A model generated the notes under the pieces. It was not told where the DNA came from. It made no database searches and saw only the letters and a program-made list of their open reading frames with translations. Positions 12,801-24,270 of a stretch of DNA of 64,000 bases are shown here, one piece after another. Made by a program: the position numbers and the translations under genes. Positions within the stretch are counted from its first letter, which is position 1. Every line of letters starts with the position of its first letter. The DNA is from Intoshia linei (Eukaryota > Animalia > Orthonectida). The DNA is taken from contig LWCA01000015.1 in NCBI GenBank assembly GCA_001642005.1, positions 23,165 to 87,164 on the forward strand. Reading direction: 5' to 3'.

Positions 12801-15800
12801 AAAGGTTGCTAATAACATATTACGTTTGCTATAAATCGCTCATTTTGTTGATACCCACCTACCACCGTTTTCTCGACCATATAGTAGATGTTACCGCTGG
12901 ATTACACTTAGCGTTTAAGTATTTTATATAAACATACATTTATACACATATTGTACGATAAAAGAGCAAATAATTCATAAAATCACCTTTCTCGTAAGTC
13001 ATACAAGCTCGAACATTATTTACATCCTCAATTAAAGATTCAAAGCAACTCTTTTTTTTAAAGCTACTTGGTAGGTGTATATCTAGAATATAAAATTCAT
13101 ACATAACGTAACTTAAAACATATATAAAATCAATAAAAAAATTATAATCAAAAATTTCCAAAATATTGAACCGCAACATTTAATAAAAATATATATTGTA
13201 AAGTAAAATTATCTACCATATAATCTATCGAGTTTTTATTGGTCCCTCAGAATATTTAATGAATTACATGAAAATTTTTTTATAATTAACTTTGCCAAAA
13301 TTTTTATTATTCACACGTAATATTCAAAAATTATTGAATCGTAATTTAATTATTAATTACAATTTAATATTTGATTTTTAAAATTAGATAAAAAACAAAA
13401 TTACTATTTTTTGCGACAATTTGCATTTTTTGTACCTTTTCTTCATTAAGCTAAAAAATGTACATTGAAAATGAATCAATCAAACCTCATTATTTGATTT
13501 AATTCTTTTTATAAGATGTGAAAGAGATTTTAATAAATTTTCATAGTCTTCCTTAAATTTACAATTTTCTGACATGTGAGCATTACATTTATTTTCTAAA
13601 GATTCAATAAGGTTCAGATAGAAAATGTTTTCATTGTCAGCAATAGAACTAAAAAGATGTAATTAATAAAGTCTCTAATTTATACTAAAATTTGAATAAA
13701 CATAAAATTACCTAATCATTTCATCCTTAGACTTTCCAGTAGTACTCCAACGAGCTCTAGTATGGTCCCTGTTTCCACCGACAAATGAAGAAATTTGAAT
13801 TATACTTTTAGTGTGTCTTACTATTTACAATATTTATAAATATATGTTAATATTTTAATAAAATAGATATTTAAGCAAAAATATTAAATATTACCACCGT
13901 TCAAATTTTTTACACTTTTTGGGGACATTAAAATCCTGATACGCTCTTTTAAATAATCTACTTCTATTTCATTTTTCTTTTTATCACGTTTGAAAACATT
14001 CTCTTTAAAAAGTATTCGACTTTGTGATGCATTATTCTATAATTTCAATTTTTGTTAAACAATAGAAAATTTATACCGGCCCAATATTATCAATGAGCTG
14101 AATTGCGGTCTCAAGGGACCTGGAAATTTTAAATAGTTTGTACATATGACGTCCATTCTCTAGAGCAATGATTCTCGATTCAAATAGTGTACGAACCCAT
14201 TTCAAAATATATATTTTTTTGGACCCAAAGAAAACATTAAATATATAACATTTATAAAAAAATTAAAGGTTTTTTCTCATAAAATAATTCAGATCTCTTT
14301 TAACTATATCGTGTTTTTCAAAAAAATATTGGAAAGAGGTGATTTTTCCCTTAAGTTAGGTTGGTAAAATTGTATTTTTTATTTTGGGGTTTGGATTAAG
14401 GAGTTATTGCTCATAAGATTTGAAAAATCAATAAAAAAAACAATTTTTCCCTGAGGGTTTTAAATGGTATTTTTTATTAAATTTTATAGTGGCATGATTT
14501 AAATAGTAATAAGCGGTCGCCTAGACCCTAAACTCTAGGGTTTAGGGTAATTCACAACATCTGGCAACTCCGTAATAAATATTCAAAATTTTAAAATGAA
14601 ACAAGTTGATAAATTTTCTCGTCCCAAAATTATCTTTAAAATCTTTAAAATTTGTATAAATAATCAATATCATTAATTAGCAAAATCTATAATTATGTCG
14701 CTCTAAGATGTATCGCTCAAATGAATGTTAGCCGTACATATTTTTGAATGGAAATACGAGAAATACAGTATCAAAATAAATTACTTCGTCTTTCACTTTT
14801 TTTATTTTTGAAAGTATATTTTTATTTTTTAATATTAATTGTCTATTAGTTTCTTCCAGTAAATGGTATTTTTTATCTAAGGTTTCAAAGTTGGATTTTA
14901 ATCGGTTTTGGTTGGCGATTGCATTGGTTCTATCACTCTGAATTCTTGATATTCTAAAAATTAAAATTTAATTTAATGAAATTAATAACATTGTAATGTT
15001 AATTAAGAGATTTGACAGATTAGTTGCTGTCAGTCTGTAAAATATAGATTTTAAACGGATATCAGTAATTTTTACAGTATTTAGAGCAATCAAAGTTTGA
15101 ATTTAGAATTTAACGGTAAACCTTTCATTCAAAATTAAAATAAAGTTTATGAAATTCCCAAAAGTTAACCCAACCAAAGATATTCTATTGTTTGGTTAAA
15201 AATAATCCATAAGCTCCTCGAGATTTAGTTAAACCCAAAATATAATTAAAAAAATAACTAAACTAGAAATTCAAGGTGGATGAGAACCGAGAAATGTCGA
15301 GTGGCATAGGGTTGCAAAATGTTTTCGTCGTACAGCTCGCAAAACAAATTTGTAAATACATTTTATTTATATAAATATAACTAAACATTACACTCCAAAA
15401 TATAGAAATAAAATTTTAAGTGGTTCGAATATCCCTCAATAATGTCAAAAATATTATGGAGCCAGGAGTCCATACGGGTTCCATCAAATTGGTGACTCCT
15501 GATCAAGAAAAAGTTAATATGTTGATCTTTTTATTGCCCTTGGTTTATAAATTACTTATTCAATTGTTCATCGTAAATTTTGTTATTGTTCATAAACATT
15601 TGCAACACTTTATCGAGAACATTTAGCAAACTTTTCAGCTTTATAACTAATTCATCTTTCTCTTCTTCGATAATTGAAGTAAACCCATATGATATGAGAT
15701 TCTAAATTTTAATTGTAACAAAAATTTGAATGAATTTAAATGAAATGAAAACTAATAAATATTATCAAAATCAAAATTAAATTAAATCACAAAACAAATG

Positions 15801-15904
15801 AATACATAAATATTTAAAAATGAACTTACACTATTAATGTTCCCAATAAAAGCTTTTATACTAAACTCGTCAGAATCTTGGATAGATTTGAGAAAAAAAG
15901 TCAT
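9884..15904 (-). CDS. SSX2IP: Afadin/alpha-actinin-binding protein (ADIP/Msd1) homologue, many small exons; middle exons not fully resolved
   Basis: Exons read MTFFLKSIQD..., NLISYGFTSIIEE, LEETNRQLILKNKNILSKIKKVKDE, FKRDKKKNEIEVDYLK, FVGGNRDHTRARWSTTGKSKDEMI and VFKEQYEEFLQDRNLLNKEKIELNQEKLKF. These match, in order, motifs I recall from SSX2IP (GFPSLYEE, RQLQCKN, YVGRADGKRGSWRT, LFKEQKKNFERER). The last exon ends WDPKLYTWAM* at 9884. Confidence 0.62.
15149..15502 (+). pseudogene. Degenerate LIM/CRIP-like sequence nested antisense in SSX2IP intron 14954-15555
   Basis: Three exon-like blocks with GT/AG ends: MKFPKVNPTKDILLF | EIQGG*EPRNVEWHRVAKCFRRTARKTN | FGSNIPQ*CQKYYGARSPYGF. This resembles the LIM pattern WHxxCFxCxxC but has stops and Cys>Arg changes. 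Confidence 0.35.
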
Positions 15905-16074
15905 ACAAAATACAAAATTTCAAAAAATATGACACAATAGCGAAATTTTTAAGTTTATTTAAAATGAAAGGCCATTATCATTATCTATGGATAACAAAAT
16001 TAAAAATTATAAAAAGTTGAAATTCAAAAATTTATAAAATTTGTTGAATTGCGTTAAATTTAAATTTGAATTTT

Positions 16075-17631
16075 ATGTATTGTGAAAAATCATTTACTCT
16101 TTCAAAAGAATTAAAAAATCAGCACTACCTAGAAAAACACAAAATTTATAATTATAATGTATTATTTTTTTTATAAAATATAGTAAAATTTCATTTATAG
16201 GCAAAACTTGTTAAGGAAATTTTACAGGAAATGCACCAATTATTTTCCGACAATCAAAAGGATGTGTAATTTTTTTATTTTGACCAAATTATCTTTTTAG
16301 AAATATTAGCCAAACTAGTCAAGATGTTTCTGTATTTTCTGCAGTTTCTTTGAGGTTTTTTTTTGTAATTTAACGATTTATTTTTTTAGACATTCCGCTT
16401 TGGATCATAATCGGAGGACGTTGATTATTTATGTGTATATTGATTTTTAAGTTTAGTTTTTTAGATTAAATATATTTTTAGTTTGGAAAGATTAAAACGT
16501 ATTAAACATGTACGGTGGAAATATGGTTCTTTGTTACCTTCAAAATATAAATCTATTTTAACAGAAAAAGAGGTATTATAATTTATAATACATATTTTTA
16601 TTTTATATACGTATAGTATACTCGTATTGGTGTTGATTTATAAACCAATTTAAATTTTGAATATCATTTCACATCATGTTCAAAAGTTTTTCCACCATTT
16701 ACGAACCAACAAATTGAATAAATTGACATGTGAATAAAATTTTTTTCCGAGTTGGAGAATATATAATCTTTAAAATAATTTATTATTAGCTGAAATTTCA
16801 CAAAGATTATAATTTGGCTTTATCTGAATGTATGGAATCTTTTGGCAGTGGCGGAATTGATTTAAACCAAGACATGCAAGCTCCATCAAGCCTATTTGTC
16901 GAGGTTAGTCATTGCATGTATATAGTTTTTCCTAATGACCATTGAAGGTTTTTGTTTTAATTGATATGTCGGTTAGTGTGCCAGATAAATGACTCATAAA
17001 ATTTTAATGAAAACCATTGATTCATTTTCAATCGACGCCCTCGATGATTTGATTGTATTTCAACATTTTAGGTTGTATGTTTAAAAAACTACGGAACCTT
17101 TCAATCTAGTTTTGGTGAAGTAAATTTAACTGAAAATAGCAAGGTAAATGCAAACATTCATTTGAGCGACATACGTTTAAGCAATACATCTTAGAGGGAC
17201 ATAATCATCGATTTTATTAATTAATCATATTTTTTGTTGTTTGTATTTTAAAATTTTATGGCATCTTCAAAATATTTAAAAATTGGGTAAAAAAAACTTC
17301 TTTTAAAAACCTTACAAAACTTTGGTCCCAAAATTATCTTCAAAATTTTTAAAAATAATAGAAAAAAATATTTCCTTTAAAAACCCTTAAAATTATGAAT
17401 ATAAGAATAGAAATAAAGAAACACTAAAATTTCGTATAAAAATCAATATGATAAATTAGTAAAATCGATGATTATATTGTTCAACAATACATCGCTTAAA
17501 CGAATGTCACTCCAGAGAATGGACGTCAGGTAAATAAATATAAATGTGCTCATTTTAAAATATAGCACTACCTGTTACTCTCCGATGTGGAACCCTTGAT
17601 ACACAAAGGAATATTGAAACATATAATATAA
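16075..17631 (+). CDS. GINS1: GINS complex subunit PSF1, multi-exon
   Basis: MYCEKS..., KEILQEMHQLFSDNQKDV, RHSALDHNRR, RLKRIKHVRWKYGSLLP, IDLNQDMQAPSSLFVEVVCLKNYG, EPLIHKGILKHII*. Confidence 0.92.
17150..17527. repeat. Foldback MITE-like repeat filling a PSF1 intron
   Basis: GAGCGACATACGTTTAAGC...ATAATCATCGA is mirrored by TCGATGATTAT...GCTTAAACGAATGTCACTC. Related ends occur at 14149-14165, 14690-14730, 34247-34265 and 47930-47975. Confidence 0.65.
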
Positions 17632-17634
17632 AAT

Positions 17635-19229
17635 TTACAATATGGTACAAACTTTTGATTTTACAATTTTGGGAGTGGTTTTTAAATTGTTTTTGTATTC
17701 GTTATGTTTGATATTAAATTTACGCTCTATAGAAGAATTTTTTAGTTTGGTATTAAATTGTAAATGGTGAATATATTGATTGAAAACACTTCTGTATATT
17801 CCGCAATATTTATTTTCCAATTCATCTGGTGAAGTTTTCATCAAGGTATAACTTATTCCGTATTTTGTGTTCATCTAATATTATTGACATTATCGAATAT
17901 AATGTATTAAATTTTACCATTTCCTTAGTGTGTTTATCCAACCGTTCATTAACTATATCTGGTATAATTCTTACTCCAATGTCAGTAAATTCAAATTTTA
18001 CATTTTTTACTAGAAAGGATGTTGAATTTGGCGGATTGAACTTTTTTCCAGTATAAAATTTGAATGATTTTAGCCAATCAGATTTCAAAAGTTCATTTGC
18101 TGGCAAACGTTCTTGTGTATCTTTGTTTAGCATGGAGAATAGTAAAATTTTAGCGTTAATGGACATTTTATGCATTTGTGGCATTTCATTTATTATTTTG
18201 TGTCTTATATTGGGAACAGTTTTAGCAACGAATCTATGTATAATATACATTGTAAAATATAATATTAATAATAATTTTAATCTAAAAATACGGAAAGTTT
18301 CCAGAAATCATGTAATACAATAGAACGCCACAAGCCCATATGTCGACTTTTTCTGGGTAATAGCCTTTACTGGCAAAAAGCTCGGGTGCCGCGTATAATG
18401 GTGAACCGCAATACGTTTTTACTTTTTCATTGTCGCTGGAAATGCGAGAAAATCCAAAATCACAAAGTTTAATGTGGTTGTGGTGAGATACAAATAGGAT
18501 ATTTTCCGCTTTAATATCTCGGTGGTATATGTTATTAGCATGCTATTTAATATATTATATTATAGTTAAATTTAATAATTTGTAAAATAAATTACCAGGT
18601 ATTTTACAGCACATAAAAGTTGGTAAAAAATATAACTTGATACGCATTCATCCAATTTTTTATTGCATTTTATTTTTTTTGACAGAGAACCGTAATGCAT
18701 GTATTCCATAATCATGTATATTTTATATTTGGTTTTAATGACTTGAAAAAGTGATATGATATGTACGTGTTTAACTATGCTTAATATTTTAATTTCTCGG
18801 TCTATAAATTTTTTTGTTTTGTTTGAGATATCTACAGTATTGATATTTTTTATGGCTACGTAATCTAAAATTTTGATAAATTAAATAGTTCTCGATAAAC
18901 TTTAAGCACTACTCTGAGGATTAAAAAAATTTAAACTATCTGGTGGCGCCACACCCACTTTGGCGAATAAATTTTAATAAATTAATTAATTAATTTGACA
19001 ATAATAAACCTTTTGTGACTAAATGTCTAGCTAAATAAACTGTGGCAAAATTTCCTGCATCCAGTACATTCAATATTTGATATAAACCAATATAATTTCC
19101 TTGTTTGTAATCAACGTCTCGACTTAATTCATTCATTATTTTTTCTACAACATTTGCTTTTGTTTTATCACTCTGGTCGTGCGTCACTGGTATTATTTTT
19201 TTTGATTTCATTAAACGTTTTATATACAT
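17635..19229 (-). CDS. NIM1K: NIM1-like (AMPK-related) Ser/Thr kinase, multi-exon
   Basis: IGLYQILNVLDAGNFATV, VAIK, HRDIKAENIL, LCDFGFS, TYCGSPLYAAPELF, VDIWACGVLLY. A 43-nt intron (about 17875-17917) joins the 17822 ORF to the 17635 ORF. Confidence 0.8.
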
Positions 19230-20150
19230 GTAATATGTACAATATTTTCAATTGACTCCATTTTAATTTTCATTGTTTGCATGCATTTTTATATTTAGTG
19301 ACCAACATGTTGTTTTATTTATAAACTCAAATAATCACTACAACACTATGCTAAATCCACCTTGCAATTTAAGTATACACGTTTCATTATGTTACCATTT
19401 TATAATTAATAATGTAGTATTATTTTTCAATAAAAAAATTTAATTAGACCGTTCCTTCAGTTGCATTATTTATGTATTTATTATACTTCATATAGTTTTA
19501 TATTCGATTCACTATTAATTTTATCGTGTTTATTTAATTGTGTGTAGAGTATTTTTCCTACATTTAATTTAATTAAATTTAAATCGATTCAATTTTTTTA
19601 TATTTAAGTTTATTAGTCATTCACATAAGATTCATTGATTTTTATCATTCAATGTTTTTACTTTATAATCTACTATTATGAGCGCAAGCCTACGAGAGCG
19701 ACGAAAAGCATTCACGGTTTGAATGTATAAAAAATTTGAAACCGTCCGATATACATTCTATACCAAACGATATCTAAAACCTACAAATACCAAACGTCTA
19801 TATTAGAGACATCTTCCTACCCGTCGTGAAAATGTATTGTGTAAATTATTAATTGTTGCAGATTAAAAAATATTTAAAAACTATGTCAGAATTTATTTTT
19901 TTAAAAAAAAAAAGGTGATTCAGGCTTTTAAGCATGAATTTCTCAATTTTTGATATGTGAATTCCAATATCAAAAATGTATGATAATCCTGCCCTAACGA
20001 TTGGTTTGGTTGTAAGTTTTTACATCGCTAGGGTTTGCTAAGCCATTGGAAATATTTGCTTATAATTTAATTTTATATAATTGGATGTTTTCGTTAGATT
20101 TGTTGAAAGTCATTAAAAAAACATTTAAATTTTATTTATAGTATTTCAAT

Positions 20151-22887
20151 TTAATCTTTACTATCATTTTTTTTTTTTATGTCTTCTAGGCAAATATTTT
20201 TAGTTTCGGGTAGTGTAAATACAACAACTGATAATATTATGCTACATAACACAGCAAAAATGTATAGGATATTGTATTTGGATGTAATTTGGGTTAAATA
20301 AGGATATGAAAGAACAACAAATAAGCTTATCAACCGGTTGATCAATGTAACAATCGAACATAATTCGTCTTGAATATTTGAAATTAATAATTCTGATAGC
20401 ATAATCTAAATTTGAAATGAGATTAAATGAATAATATATAATATATCAACTATGTCAATATCAATAGAGTTTTTGCAATATTTTACAATTTTTGAAGCCA
20501 TCTCCCTTAAGACTTCAAATTTAAATAATTAAACATTCTATAAATTTGTACATTAAAGTATTCCATTTTTAATCTATATCACATTTTAAATTATAGAGTA
20601 GTGGTATCCAAACCGTGCACCGTAACGCTCTAGTGTGTCGAACCGATCCGGCTCGAGGCCACCGAAAAAGAAAAATAGATTTCAAAAAAATTTAAATTCA
20701 ACACACAAAATATATTTAAGAATGCAAATTTTATAATGTTCAAATTGGAAATTTTGTTAGGTCCGGTAGGTAGAGAGGTCTCAGAAATTTTGTAAAATTG
20801 TATTTTTTAAAAAAATATTCGAAAAAAGGAATTTTATCCCTTACAGGTTGGTAAAATTGCATTAAGTATTTTCACGTAAGGTTTGATAAAATCGCAATTT
20901 TAAAAAAAATTGGAAAAAGTGTATTTCTCCCTTAAGGGACGGTAAACTTGGATTTTTTCTATGTTGGGTTGGATTAAGTGGTTTTTTCCTTAAATTTATA
21001 AAAAAATATTTAATAAAATAATAATAATATTATTAAAAAAATATTCGAAAAAAGCATTTTTACATTAAGGGTTGGTTTAATTAGATTTTTTTTTTATGGT
21101 TGGATTAAGAGATTTATTCTAGCCAGTTTAGTAAAAACGGATTTTTTAAAAAAATATGCAGTGGATTTCTCCCTTAACCTTTTCACTGTCTTTGTATTCT
21201 ATATTATACACAGCATAATTTTGAAAAGCTTTATTTTTTTATTTTCATACATTTTCTTAGGTAATTTAAAAATTTTACAAGTTTAAATTAAAACATAAAT
21301 TCTAGACAATGAAAGGGTTAAGGGTTGGTAAATTAGGATTATATCTTTTGGAGTTGGATTTAGTGGTGTTTTCTCCTAAATATTATTAAAGTAATTCCTG
21401 AAATAATACATTACTTTAGCCGTGAACCCCTTTGAGAATCACTGCTCTAATGTACACTACAAAGAGTAGTATAATTTATACAAATTTAAAATTAGTTGAA
21501 TTACCCATGGTATTTGATTAATTCCCATGCAAAAGCTAATTATATAAAAGGATACAAATAGTACTATAATCCATGTATGGCTGTCATTAAGTATGGAAAA
21601 AGATTTGAGATGAAAATAAAATCCCATAGACATTAGAGATAATATTACTAATACAGAACTGATCAAAATGAGAGGTCTTCTACCAAATCGGTCTATAAAA
21701 AAGGCACTGAATATGCTAGACAACATTTGAACGAATCCAATAAAAATGAGAGGAAATTGAGTGTTGGTATACCCAGCCGTAATGAATATTTCTGATGAAT
21801 AACTGATAAAAACGTTGATTAGAGAAAATTGCTGTATGGCATGAATACATAAACACGCCATTATATTTTTTAATAAATATGGATTTTTAATGGTACGAAA
21901 TTTTGACCAAAAGCCATCCGTCTTGTTTTGTACGGCTAAGGAATGTAGTATTTTATTTTGTTCTTCTATTGCAGTTTGTTTTGAATTCCTGAGCCACATG
22001 AGTACCTCCATTGATTTATCCACTTCATTGTGTCGAATTAACCACCTTGGACTCTCCGGGATGTATAGAGTAAAAAGTATTGCAGGTACAAGCATTAATA
22101 TCGCCAACATAGAAGTGTATTGCCAAGATATAAAGCTTCCAACCAAGTAAGTAGTAAGAATTCCGAAACTTATCCCCAATCCAATGCTATATCCAAAAGT
22201 TCCTCTAATTCTCTCATGAATACATTCGTTCATATACACTGGTAAAATTAATAGAATCATAGATAAGGCACAACCAATCAAGAATCGAGATAAATACAGT
22301 ACAATGTACGCCCATCTAATTGGAAAATATTCAGATATTATTGTCAAAAACCAACAATAAGTCATAAGCAATATTATTAATATTATAGTTGGTTTTCGTC
22401 CGTATTTGTTTGAAAATTTTCCTGCCAATGGACCCCCAAAAATACAACCAATAGTCAAAAATGACGTATACATTGGACTAGTTTTGTTATTTAACAGATC
22501 CATTTTGATCAAATTATTAAGAAAAGGAGACGTAAATGCCACTCCAATGCCAACCACAACACTACAAATAAATGATGTCAACATTAAAATTAATTGAGAT
22601 TTTATTTTTCCCTTGTCTGCTGATTCACTCTCTGTTGTAGTAGTTAGGGTATTGTTCATAATATCTTCGAATATAATAGACCCACCACCTCTTTCTTCGT
22701 CGAGACTATAAAAAGTATTATTATCAACTCCATATGTGTCTAAATTCGAATCAAATCAATTTATAATGTTTCTAAAGAAAACCAAATAATGCACGCTTTT
22801 ATGATTAAAAATGCAATTTCGCACTGTTAAAATTGAAAACGGTCATTATTTATATATACCTACACTCTCATATTTCTTTCTGTGCAT
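20151..22887 (-). CDS. MFS sugar porter (GLUT8/Tret1-like), 3 exons
   Basis: KYGRKP, RFLIG, PVYMNE...RIRG, PESPRWL, QQFSLIN, IDRFGRRPL, LPETK. Micro-exon 1 MHRKKYESV (22860-22887) splices in frame to 22739. Confidence 0.9.
21178..21317. mobile_element. piggyBac-like MITE nested in a larger repeat in the transporter intron
   Basis: TTAA|CCTTTTCACTGTC...GACAATGAAAGGG|TTAA: terminal inverted repeats with TTAA on both flanks. Confidence 0.65.
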
Positions 22888-23720
22888 TATATTTTATAAA
22901 ATATAGAATGAGAATCAATATTTGCATTCACAATAAAGTAACGAAGTACAATTCAATTCTGAGCCTTGCCGAGTAAAACAAGCAGTGACGGATCTAGGAT
23001 TTTCAACTAGGGAAATAATTATTAGGGGATAAATGCATATAATGTATTATATTTATTAAATATTATATCTATAATATCTATTTCTATTTTTTTCTAGTTT
23101 ACATTCTACTAAATTGTTAAATGTTGAACATTCTACTTGTTGAGTTGTTCAACTGCATCAAAATCGACATTTTCGGCAAGTTTTCTATCGATTATGAACA
23201 ACGTTAATCTTAACAACACCCACGCATTAAATTTTATATAAACAAATCATATAATGCAGTGATTCTCAACGTGGTCCATGTGGACCACTATATATATGAG
23301 ACTATAATTATAGTGATATACTTTATAAGGATAAATTTACTTGTAAAAAATTTTTCTATTTTATAGTGATATAAGTTGAAGTTTCAAGAGTAATTTTCGG
23401 AGAAAAGATAATTTTATGGAAAGCTGTGATGGCGTTTTTAAAGTATAAATATCATTTAAAAAAAAAATCCTTGAACCATAATTATTTTACAAAATTTAAA
23501 AAATATAGACGTAAAGACAAAAATTTCTATCTTAGAGATAATTTTAGCGTAATTAAATCAACTGAGTAAAAATTTGGAAGGAAAAAATGTGACAGAATTA
23601 TCCAAAATTAAAAGCTTTTCAGGATAAATTAGTGTTTTAAACTTTTTCTCTCATGTCTTTAAAAATTCCATAAAAATGGTTGTAACAAACTTACCAGGTT
23701 GTATATCCTTACTTATATAA

Positions 23721-24270
23721 CACTGCCCACCACCAAAAACATCCAAGGATGTTGAATACATCATCTTTTTTGTCTTAATGAACCGGTCAACGCTATAATA
23801 ATATTATTTTTTAATCACGTCCAGATTTTTTTTTTAATTGACGGTAAAGTCAAAAATAGGGGGTTTTCAAAACCATCTTAAACACAATTAGAAACGCCAA
23901 GTATGTATTTTATATAGCATCATACATATATAATGTATTAATTAATGTTATAATATATTTTTTTCATATATTCCGCTACATTTTGTTCAATAGTATTCAA
24001 TTCTGTTAATAATTTCGTAAGTTGTAACGCAAAGATTTCTTCTTTCTAATCATATATAATAATCCATGTATGTACTTTATTTAACATTTCTATTGATTTT
24101 CAAATATGCCCATTTTAGGCACCTTTTCGAACTTTGGGCGTATTTTAAAAAAAATCTGGACGTGATGCAGAAACACTGATTATACCATCTTGTTCAGAAT
24201 ACAAATCTCTTTCAGGTGCACTAAATTTTATTCTTGCACCTCAAAAAAGTTGTTATTTTGTTGGGCAGTG
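23721..24270. mobile_element. Chapaev3-like (CMC) non-autonomous element
   Basis: TAA|CACTGCCCA...TGGGCAGTG|TAA termini with a 3-bp TSD, plus an internal inverted repeat TCACGTCCAGATTTT / AAAATCTGGACGTGA. Partial copies lie at about 24551-24875 and 35136-35446. Confidence 0.7.

Noticed and set aside
14526-14549. CCCTAAA/TTTAGGG telomere-like motifs
   Set aside because: Only a short palindrome inside a dispersed repeat; there is no array.
15281-15283. In-frame TGA as a possible selenocysteine codon
   Set aside because: The same frame also has a TAA, the TGA is not at a conserved Cys position, and I recognised no SECIS element.
20780-21380. Regularly recurring motifs that might suggest a CRISPR-like array
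   Set aside because: The units are degenerate along their whole length with no unique spacers, the context is a eukaryotic intron, and there are no cas genes.
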